DNA of 33,198 bases from a virus (taxonomy: Duplodnaviria > Heunggongvirae > Uroviricota > Caudoviricetes). The translations under genes and the position numbers were made by a program. Where the stretch lies: IMG/VR virus record IMGVR_UViG_3300045919_000425, positions 1 to 33,198 of that record; one strand, written 5' to 3'. The notes beneath the pieces are model-generated. The model was not told the origin of the DNA and did no database searches. It saw only the letters and a list, made by a program, of their open reading frames with translations. Positions within the stretch are counted from its first letter, which is position 1; each line of letters begins with the position of its first letter. Positions 7,642 to 15,207 of this stretch are shown one piece after another.

Positions 7642-8310
7642 ATGGAAAATAAGAGCTATTTCTATTTCAGTAAAGAACTTAGTAAGTGGATTGTCGCTAC
7701 AAATCTAACTATTGTAGTAGGCCAATATGATAGCTTAAACGACGCAACAAAAGCATATGAGCTTTTAACTAGTAAGCCAATACTAGACACTAAGCCAGTA
7801 AAAAGACGATCCTTAAAAGGATTACGCAAGGCGGTTAGAAGCTACCACAGAGCGATAGCAAAGGGAGATCTTAAGACTTCCTCTTGCTCTAAAGAGGAAG
7901 CGATTGTAGCACTGTCTACTACAAGTAATCAACAAACAGACACTAAACCAGTTAAACGTATACGTTTAACCTCAGTTGAAAAGAAGGGATTCTATTACAA
8001 CAAGAAAGCAAAGAAATTTCAAGCCTATTTTGGTGTTGGTGCCGGGAAGCAACTATATCTCGGATTGTACGAAACAGAGTCGGACGCACGTCATGCAAAT
8101 CTCAGAGCCATGCTAGAGTACAGATCTAAAGGTTCCGTAACAATCCCATTTGTTTGTCCGAAAATGGGGTACTACTTGAAAGGTAATCAGTGGGATGTTT
8201 GCTTTTATAACCCATTAACCAAAAAGACGGAATTTATGCCATCTTTCAAATCTCAACTGGAAGCTAGAGAAGCCTACTTAGACGCACTTGAGGAAATACT
8301 CGGAGGTTAA
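7642..8310 (+). CDS. protein with AP2-like DNA-binding repeats
   Basis: KKGFYYNKKAKKFQAYFGVGAGKQLYLGLYETESDARHA matches the AP2 pattern; weaker N- and C-terminal copies. Confidence 0.6.
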   Translation: MENKSYFYFSKELSKWIVATNLTIVVGQYDSLNDATKAYELLTSKPILDTKPVKRRSLKGLRKAVRSYHRAIAKGDLKTSSCSKEEAIVALSTTSNQQTDTKPVKRIRLTSVEKKGFYYNKKAKKFQAYFGVGAGKQLYLGLYETESDARHANLRAMLEYRSKGSVTIPFVCPKMGYYLKGNQWDVCFYNPLTKKTEFMPSFKSQLEAREAYLDALEEILGG

Positions 8311-8314
8311 GTTT

Positions 8315-8533
8315 ATGACAATAAGAGTTATTAACGGTAAACGCTACAGTTTTGATAAGCAAAGATCTTACTGTGATTCAGTTGAAACTTTTTGCTACAA
8401 GGTTCATGAAGTAAACGGAAACAATAAGCAAATCTCAGTAAGCGACACTTTACCCCTCAAAATGTCTTACCTTGTTGAAATGATTAAAGAAAATAGGCTA
8501 TGCCTTGAAAGATTAGAAGGAGTAGAAAAATAA
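8315..8533 (+). CDS. hypothetical early protein
   Basis: GGAGG RBS favours ATG 8315. Confidence 0.65.
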   Translation: MTIRVINGKRYSFDKQRSYCDSVETFCYKVHEVNGNNKQISVSDTLPLKMSYLVEMIKENRLCLERLEGVEK

Positions 8534-8543
8534 TTTCATAATC

Positions 8544-8630
8544 ACTTGACTTATAGTTAAGATTAGGATAGTATTTAAATATGGAAGGGATAAGAGAACA
8601 AAACCTCAAAATCCCTAAGTTATTTGACAA
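8544..8630 (+). repeat. 87-bp exact direct repeat, copy 2 (promoter P5)
   Basis: TTGACT 8546-8551, TAGTAT 8569-8574. Confidence 0.95.
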
Positions 8631-8691
8631 CTAAATAGGTGCTGGTAGGGCTTACCAACAATAAGCGACAAGCCTACTAAGTTAAAGGTTA

Positions 8692-8808
8692 CAACCAAGG
8701 GTTGCACCGATAAGCAAGAAATTGAATGGATTAGGTTACTGTGGGTTAGTCACCACATCAACAAAAATAAAAGGACAGCCGAAAGATTCAAGCCTTGCTT
8801 ACATTGCA
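8692..8808 (+). ncRNA. candidate structured leader RNA, family R1 copy C
   Basis: TAAGCAAG/CTTGCTTA compensatory version of TAAGTAAA/TTTACTTA. Confidence 0.6.
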
Positions 8809-8845
8809 GTTCTTACAAACAAATAATAATTTTTAGGAGGTTTCA

Positions 8846-9073
8846 ATGGAAGGCTTACTTGTAGATAACAACATGTTAGTTGAATGGTTTAATGAATATG
8901 TAGATATGAATAATCCCAAAATAACGCTCATGGGTTATTCATATAGATCCTCTGATGTTTTAAAGATAAGTAAAGAACGCTATGATTTTGAATTTAATCA
9001 ATGGTTAGAAATGGAAATAGATCTTGGCAAATTATTACAGGATGATTTAGGCAACATTTACGAACCGTTTTAA
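8846..9073 (+). CDS. acidic hypothetical early protein
   Basis: AGGAGG RBS, 75 aa. Confidence 0.7.
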   Translation: MEGLLVDNNMLVEWFNEYVDMNNPKITLMGYSYRSSDVLKISKERYDFEFNQWLEMEIDLGKLLQDDLGNIYEPF

Positions 9074-9111
9074 TAAGAGGGTTCAATAAACTTATTTTTA
9101 AGGAGTACAAC

Positions 9112-9471
9112 ATGACAGTTCAAGAAAATCAAATCACAATCGAAATGTTAAACGCTTTCACTTCCGAGTTACTAACTGCTCGTTGCAATAACTACGGCTA
9201 TGATTACAGAGACTTTAAAAGAATTTCAAGCCAAAGAAGTAAGGCGAGAAAAGCTCTTTTAAATCAAGTTAGCTCATTCGGCTTTGAATCTATTAAAGCT
9301 AACTTAGTTCAAGAAGCGAGAATACAGTTTATGAGATTTAAAATTATTGACGGCAATAAAATTCCAACTTTTGAACGTGGGATATGTTACATGGTTGGTC
9401 AGTCTTCAAATGAAGAAATTACCAACCTTATGAGAAGATTAGTGAATTCACAATCTAAGTGGGTTAAATAA
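9112..9471 (+). CDS. early protein, paralog family B
   Basis: RCNNYGY, RISSQRSKAR, YMVGQSSNEEITNLMRRLVN. Confidence 0.85.
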   Translation: MTVQENQITIEMLNAFTSELLTARCNNYGYDYRDFKRISSQRSKARKALLNQVSSFGFESIKANLVQEARIQFMRFKIIDGNKIPTFERGICYMVGQSSNEEITNLMRRLVNSQSKWVK

Positions 9472-9524
9472 TCCAATAACCATACAAACAATATTAATCA
9501 GATAACAATTTTTAGGAGATTCAA

Positions 9525-10028
9525 ATGAACATATTCGTAACATCTACATGCCCATTCTCAAGCGCAAGAGCGCTAGATGATAAGCGCCTAATCAAAATGA
9601 TCCTTGAAACTGCACAAATCCTCTCCACAAATTGCCATCTAGCAAATCTAACCGACGCACCATATAAGAAAACCCATCAAAATCATCCGTGCACTGTGTG
9701 GGCTAGACAGTCTTACGCTAACACCAATTGGTTAATCGACCACTTTAACGCTTTAAGCGGTGAATATACACACAGATTCAATAAAATTCATAAATCAAGT
9801 CAATACTTACAATATTTCATTGATTCTAGTAAGAAGCTAGCTCTTGAAGGGTTTTACCCAAATCAGGGAATGAGTGAGTTTGCAAGCTGCGTAGCTGATG
9901 ATCTCAAGACGCTTCAATTAAGCGTCACTGAAAAATACCGGGCATACATGAAAATGAAGTGGGTTGCAGATCAATCATCAAAGAGGCATGCTAAGTGGAC
10001 CAACACCAATCAACCAAATTGGCTATAA
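9525..10028 (+). CDS. pyrimidine-dimer DNA glycosylase family protein
   Basis: MNIF..DDKRLIKMILETAQILST..YKKTHQNHPCTVW..EYTHRFNKIHKS. Confidence 0.8.
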   Translation: MNIFVTSTCPFSSARALDDKRLIKMILETAQILSTNCHLANLTDAPYKKTHQNHPCTVWARQSYANTNWLIDHFNALSGEYTHRFNKIHKSSQYLQYFIDSSKKLALEGFYPNQGMSEFASCVADDLKTLQLSVTEKYRAYMKMKWVADQSSKRHAKWTNTNQPNWL

Positions 10029-10078
10029 CAAACTTAACCGCTAAGGATAATGACCTTAGAGGGTAGGAATGTTCTACT
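10026..10078 (+). ncRNA. candidate RNA, family R3 copy 2
   Basis: TAACAAACTTAAC-CG-CTAAGG/CCTTAG-AGG-GTAGGA/TTCTAC. Confidence 0.5.
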
Positions 10079-10100
10079 ATTAACAATTTAAGGAGATCAC

Positions 10101-10412
10101 ATGACAGTTACACAAATTACAGTTGAAATGCTAAATGATTTTACATCCTCTTTATTAGCAAACCGTTGTGATAATTATGGCTACATTTGGAAAGATTTCC
10201 GTAGGATCTCTAACCAAAGAAGCAAGGCAAGAACTGAGTTCCGTAGCTTTGTAAAGTATTTTACTGGGACCTTAATAGAAAGAATTGAGCAAGAAAGTAG
10301 AATACAACTAGAAAATGGCAAGCTAACTTACATTGTAGGTCAATCAAGTAATGAAGAAATTACTAATCTCATGAGAAGGTTAGTAAATCCAAAAGATAAA
10401 TGGGTAAGTTAA
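10101..10412 (+). CDS. early protein, paralog family B
   Basis: RCDNYGY, RISNQRSKAR, YIVGQSSNEEITNLMRRLVN. Confidence 0.85.
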   Translation: MTVTQITVEMLNDFTSSLLANRCDNYGYIWKDFRRISNQRSKARTEFRSFVKYFTGTLIERIEQESRIQLENGKLTYIVGQSSNEEITNLMRRLVNPKDKWVS

Positions 10413-10475
10413 TGAAAGTTTATGTTATTTACGATGTAGAAACAGTACAAGATTAAACAATTTAAGGAGATCAGT

Positions 10476-10793
10476 ATGAAAGTTCTTTCAAGTGTTTCTT
10501 TTGACAAAGTTATCGAAATTGCCAGCGCTTCGAACAATCCAATCACTGCAAGATGGTTTTCCGAGGAAAACCTATCAATCCTAGAAACAAACCTACCTAA
10601 AACCGCAATTTACCACAAAACCTATAAATGCTTTTATTTCATTACCTCAGAGTTTAACCCTAACGTCTGGTCAAAAGAGTCCTGCACGATTCGCAAATTT
10701 GACAAATCGGGTATTAGGTTAGTTTCAGAGTTTCTTGAGCATTCAAACTATGACAATGCTTACCGTGCGTTACGTGCTTATTTATCTAAATAA
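10476..10793 (+). CDS. small early protein, paralog family A
   Basis: WFS, FYFITSE, CTIRKFDKSG, HSNYDNA. Confidence 0.75.
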   Translation: MKVLSSVSFDKVIEIASASNNPITARWFSEENLSILETNLPKTAIYHKTYKCFYFITSEFNPNVWSKESCTIRKFDKSGIRLVSEFLEHSNYDNAYRALRAYLSK

Positions 10794-10807
10794 TTTAAGG
10801 AGAACAA

Positions 10808-10984
10808 ATGCAAGTGAAAGAACTTAAGGAAATTCTAAACGGGATTAATGATAAGACTATCTTAAAGGTTTTAGTGAATGGGCAATTGATTGATATTAAA
10901 AGGGTTTCCTTTGCAAAGGACAAATCAAACCAAGAAAACCATACGATTTACACCGCAATCGTCATAGAAGAAATTCCAACCTAA
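10808..10984 (+). CDS. small hypothetical protein (58 aa, below ORF-track cutoff)
   Basis: AAGGAG RBS; MQVKELKEILNGINDKTILKV... Confidence 0.65.
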   Translation: MQVKELKEILNGINDKTILKVLVNGQLIDIKRVSFAKDKSNQENHTIYTAIVIEEIPT

Positions 10985-10996
10985 GGAAGGTTTCAA

Positions 10997-11218
10997 ATGA
11001 GAAAATCCTATTTAATCGTAAAAACAACAACAAACAATAACACCACCAAAACAGAGGCACTTATCGCTTTTGAGTGCCCTATCAAAGCTAAAGAATGTAG
11101 AGATCTATTATCCCAAAAGTCAGAAGCGGTACTTAAGGAAATTCTGTCAACAGTTACGGTCTTTTACGAAGTAAAAGAAGTGACACTCATAGAAGGATTA
11201 CAAAATGCCCATCAGTAA
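10997..11218 (+). CDS. hypothetical early protein
   Basis: GGAAGG RBS, 73 aa. Confidence 0.6.
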   Translation: MRKSYLIVKTTTNNNTTKTEALIAFECPIKAKECRDLLSQKSEAVLKEILSTVTVFYEVKEVTLIEGLQNAHQ

Positions 11219-11483
11219 GCTAATAGGTCAAATGGTTATTACTCCGATCTGTCGATTTTACAGAATTAGATAAAGCAAGTCTTAAAAGCTTAGAAAGTAA
11301 ACTTTTAAAGGAGGGTCTTAATGTTTAGAGGCAACCCCGAGCTAATATCAAAATCGGAGGCTTTGAACGATTCTATGAAGGAATCCAGTACTTTTACCTA
11401 GGATCTTGGCACGATATTTCTAGCGCCGATCCTATTGTTAGGCTTTTCATTTATGACTTAAGAATCAAACCAAAGGAGATTTC

Positions 11484-11894
11484 ATGTCTATCACAGAACT
11501 TAGGATCATCCAGTCCGCAGTCTCAAGCCAAGAAACAAAAGTGGAAATCGAGGAAATCTTAAAAAATATTCAAGAAAATCCAAAACCGGATGATTATTTC
11601 CGAGGAACTTTTGATACAGGGCTTACAATCAAATTCTTTTATGTTACCAAGTATTTAACCATTGGGGAATATTATCCCGAAACTATAGAAGTTCAAGACA
11701 GAAAGAAACTAGGAGTAGTACTTAAGGATGGAGACGAACCCTGGTCAAAAGGTCAAATTTCTATCTTTAAGGAGGTAATCGCACATCACTTAAGGATTAA
11801 GCTAGAGAAGGAAATTAAAAAGGCTCAAGAGTGTCTCTCGGAATTACAAAAAGAACTGTGTAAGATTGAAAATATACGATTTCCTGTTTCATAG
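11484..11894 (+). CDS. hypothetical protein with C-terminal coiled coil
   Basis: AAGGAG RBS, 136 aa. Confidence 0.7.
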   Translation: MSITELRIIQSAVSSQETKVEIEEILKNIQENPKPDDYFRGTFDTGLTIKFFYVTKYLTIGEYYPETIEVQDRKKLGVVLKDGDEPWSKGQISIFKEVIAHHLRIKLEKEIKKAQECLSELQKELCKIENIRFPVS

Positions 11895-12277
11895 CTCAAA
11901 CAACCCAAGATCGCACGGATCTACACCTTAGTTCTGTATACTCAGGATCAATAGGTGTTGCAATGATATGTCACACCAACAAAATACAGTCGTATCAAAG
12001 GAAACTTTGATACGTGGCATTTTCGTATTAAGCTAATGAGTAGCGCTGTGGTAGCAAGTTAGGATTTCGAGGATCTTCTTTAAGAGATCAAGTCTCCGAG
12101 AGTTTAAGCTTTAAAAAGATTAAGAGCTTAAAAAGAGCCTTTCCGCTGCCACAAAAATACAAAGAGCCAAAAATCTTAGGAATTCTTTCCTAGGCTTTTT
12201 CGTGTCCTAGTACGATAGGACACTAGCAAACTAGTATTTCCATGTACTAGTTTAGAATTTCGGAGTTTGATTTTGGC

Positions 12278-12537
12278 CTTGCGATTTCCCTAGGGAGAAA
12301 ACAGACTCAACCAACCTCAAAATCACCACACTAATAATATCAATCACTTACCTTTTCAACCAACTAAAAAGATTCACAACCGCTCTCAACCCCTAGGAGG
12401 AAAATCGCTCGGTATGATTTCCTACGGAGCGATCCGAGCACGAAAGCTTTCTTTTATACGAATCTAGTAATATTAGAGACTTATAAAAGAAGGAAGAATT
12501 TTCTTAAAACCTCTTGCGATTTCCCTAGGGAGAAAAC
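12278..12537. repeat. 25-bp direct repeat pair with CCCTAGGG palindromic core
   Basis: CTTGCGATTTCCCTAGGGAGAAAAC at 12278-12302 and 12513-12537. Confidence 0.9.
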
Positions 12538-12575
12538 TAGCATGAGGAGGTTTTTGACAATTTTCTCCGAGACTC

Positions 12576-12604
12576 TTGACTTCTAGTAAAACCTAGGATA
12601 GTAT
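12576..12604 (+). promoter_or_regulatory. early sigma70 promoter P6
   Basis: TTGACT-17-TAGTAT. Confidence 0.8.
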
Positions 12605-12711
12605 TTATATATGGGTAGTAGGGAATGAGGGATAGCACGCCTCCACTGACAAAAAGATTAAGTGCCTCGAACGCCATAAGAAACAGAGCAACCAACTTTT
12701 TAGGAGACAAC

Positions 12712-12957
12712 ATGAACGCTTATGAGCTATCCATCAGGATTACAGAAATTAACAACCAGATTGAGTCATCTAAGGCTCGGATCGCTAACTTTAGCAGTAA
12801 GAAGCTACATGGGACTGCGCAAAGGATTATTGAGAATAAGATCATAGAGCTTAAGGGATTAATTATTAGCTTACGAACTGAGCATATTAAAGTCATGACA
12901 GAGCTTTGTAATGAGCTTGGCGCAACATACATCCCAAATCGGGGGATGTATGCCTAA
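12712..12957 (+). CDS. coiled-coil hypothetical protein
   Basis: AGGAG RBS favours ATG 12712. Confidence 0.7.
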   Translation: MNAYELSIRITEINNQIESSKARIANFSSKKLHGTAQRIIENKIIELKGLIISLRTEHIKVMTELCNELGATYIPNRGMYA

Positions 12958-13333
12958 TGTACTAGTTTATAGGGTTGAGGATAGGAACGGAATTGGTCCC
13001 TTTCAGTCTGAGCTTTTGGGTGAAAGTGCGTGCTTTCAATTACGATCCCACATGGGAGGTCTTCCGACACCTAGATCGGAAGGGTTTAGGCTGATACCTG
13101 ATTCATCCCTGTTTGATAATTTGATTTGCGGTTGCGGATCTTTGGAGGATCTCCAGTCTTGGATACCGTATGATGTAGTTGATGATTTGGATTCTTTGGG
13201 GTTTAGGTTGATTACTTACAGTATAGAATTTGATCCCTTAGCAATTGAGATAAAACAATCTCAAACTGTATTTAATAGGAATTTAGCTACAAAGGTTGGC
13301 TCTTCTCCAGTTTACGAGATCTACTCTTATTAG
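12950..13333 (+). CDS. hypothetical phage protein (VYRVE..G.GP type)
   Basis: GGGGGA RBS favours ATG 12950. Confidence 0.65.
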   Translation: MPNVLVYRVEDRNGIGPFQSELLGESACFQLRSHMGGLPTPRSEGFRLIPDSSLFDNLICGCGSLEDLQSWIPYDVVDDLDSLGFRLITYSIEFDPLAIEIKQSQTVFNRNLATKVGSSPVYEIYSY

Positions 13334-13341
13334 GAGGTTTT

Positions 13342-13572
13342 ATGAGAACTTACATTGACGCATTTGCGGTTTCCTATTCTGATACTTCTCAATCTGGCTT
13401 AACTGAGGTTTCCATCAAAACAAACGGTAAAGAGAGTCGTTCTTATTTTGATGACTTTAACGAGGCGGCGGAATATGCCTTATCCCTAGGCAGAACTTGT
13501 ATGTATGCGGTAGAACAATACATTGTCTCTGTGGAGACTACCCGGGAGCTTTTCAACCAACACTTAGGATAA
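13342..13572 (+). CDS. hypothetical protein
   Basis: AGGAGG RBS. Confidence 0.7.
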   Translation: MRTYIDAFAVSYSDTSQSGLTEVSIKTNGKESRSYFDDFNEAAEYALSLGRTCMYAVEQYIVSVETTRELFNQHLG

Positions 13573-13582
13573 GGAGATTATT

Positions 13583-14026
13583 TTGAAGCTCATACATCTA
13601 TCTGCTAATAATTACAAATTTAAGGGTAGGATTGATTACAGGAATGTAAACGCTATTAGTGCTATTATTGGCGATGTTCTTTTGGAGAAGGTGAGTGCTC
13701 TTTATGATTTTAATGCCGTTTATGTGTCTACAACGATTACGGTTCAAGGGTTATCAAATACCACCATTACTAGAAAGATCTGCTTTGAAATCCAGAAAGC
13801 CCTTAAAGAGAAGTCAAATGTGCGTGTGTCTTTCGGTATCTTCAGTGAAAGCAGCTCTTTGACTGTTAGCTTGAAAGCTACTAAGCGCCTTGCTGATATG
13901 GCTCCGTCTAATTTACTACCTAGAAATAATGGGATTGTGAATGCTGATATAGTTCCTAGCACTTGGAATGAAGTAGCTAATGAGTGCGTTACGAACTATT
14001 ACGCTTCATTAGGGGTTTGTTTGTGA
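13583..14026 (+). CDS. hypothetical protein
   Basis: AAGGAG RBS, TTG start, 147 aa. Confidence 0.65.
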   Translation: MKLIHLSANNYKFKGRIDYRNVNAISAIIGDVLLEKVSALYDFNAVYVSTTITVQGLSNTTITRKICFEIQKALKEKSNVRVSFGIFSESSSLTVSLKATKRLADMAPSNLLPRNNGIVNADIVPSTWNEVANECVTNYYASLGVCL

Positions 14027-14050
14027 TTCGGTAAATAAGCGCTTAATCTC

Positions 14051-14079
14051 TTGACTTGTAGTTAACACTATGTTACTCT
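14051..14079 (+). promoter_or_regulatory. sigma70 promoter P7
   Basis: TTGACT-17-TACTCT with extended -10 TG. Confidence 0.65.
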
Positions 14080-14146
14080 TTTTATAGGAAGCAATGAAGC
14101 TTCAAAGAACAGAGAACCTTAGTTCTCAACAATTTAAGGAGAGAAC

Positions 14147-14380
14147 ATGCTAAGCGAATTAAAGACAGGCACACTAGTAGAGTTAGGCGATGGTTCTACT
14201 GCAATGATTATGCGTAAGAAGAAAAGCAAGAGTATGTTTAAAGATATCTTCCCTTGGGTTATTAGTTTCGTTAAAATGGGAGATACCAAAGTCCAGGTAA
14301 GGAGTTTGAAAGAAGACGGTAGCGCCTTTAAGCTAGCTAACGGATCATTTAGTGAATTCTCAATTGTGAAGGTAAAATAG
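14147..14380 (+). CDS. hypothetical protein
   Basis: AAGGAG RBS. Confidence 0.7.
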   Translation: MLSELKTGTLVELGDGSTAMIMRKKKSKSMFKDIFPWVISFVKMGDTKVQVRSLKEDGSAFKLANGSFSEFSIVKVK

Positions 14381-14549
14381 CAACTTCAAATCGAATTTGT
14401 CCCTAGTGTTAGTATCAACCAACGATTTACCTAGCCTTAAATCGCCCTAAAACGATTCATTGTACTTATTATTGATATTACTGTATAACTTTAGGAGATG
14501 GTATGAAAATTAAGGAGATCGTCTTAAGTGAGAGATTTAAGGACTATCG

Positions 14550-14768
14550 ATGTTAGAAGATATTAAGGAGCAACTGGTAAGATCTGAATACGCCTTTGTT
14601 GATTCGAAGGATGTTCTTTGGTTGTTTTATCAAGACGGAACTATCAAGTACGAACTCGTTCGATTTCTTGAAGCCCGATTTGAGCATGAAGGGCTAACGA
14701 TAAGAAAAGCAAGGTTGCAGGGACTATCTGACAGATTCACGGTATGGATTTTATCAGTAGAGCCTTAA
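14550..14768 (+). CDS. hypothetical protein
   Basis: AAGGA RBS, 72 aa. Confidence 0.55.
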   Translation: MLEDIKEQLVRSEYAFVDSKDVLWLFYQDGTIKYELVRFLEARFEHEGLTIRKARLQGLSDRFTVWILSVEP

Positions 14769-14778
14769 TGGAGGGATT

Positions 14779-14907
14779 ATGGAAGACTTAGAAATAGAAA
14801 CCTATGAAGACTATCTACCGCTGCATGTATCTGAAATGTTAGACGATTTTGAGGATCTCGATGACGATTTTGAGGATCTCGATGACGATTTTGAAGATGA
14901 CGAATAA
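14779..14907 (+). CDS. 42-aa highly acidic peptide with 21-bp tandem repeat
   Basis: GGAGGG RBS; MEDLEIETYEDYLPLHVSEMLDDFEDLDDDFEDLDDDFEDDE. Confidence 0.65.
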   Translation: MEDLEIETYEDYLPLHVSEMLDDFEDLDDDFEDLDDDFEDDE

Positions 14908-14924
14908 CCTAGCAGGGAGATATT

Positions 14925-15200
14925 ATGACAAATGAATTAGCAGGTCTTATCTGGGGCATTCACGAGAACAATAAGGCGCAAAGTGCAGTCTTTACGGTCT
15001 GGCTTACTGAGGTGATTGATAAGCCTTCTTTCTATACGCTAACGTACGTAGACACTCAAGCTCTATATGAAAGGCCGTTCCTGTTGGTTGATTCTGCAAC
15101 AATTAAAGTTACTGTGTCGTCTGAGGACCTTTTACAATTTATTGACTCATGCACTGCCAAAGGTATTACATTGAATATTGAGCATAAAAAGAGTGTGTAG
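14925..15200 (+). CDS. hypothetical protein
   Basis: GGGAG RBS. Confidence 0.65.
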   Translation: MTNELAGLIWGIHENNKAQSAVFTVWLTEVIDKPSFYTLTYVDTQALYERPFLLVDSATIKVTVSSEDLLQFIDSCTAKGITLNIEHKKSV

Positions 15201-15207
15201 GAGATTT

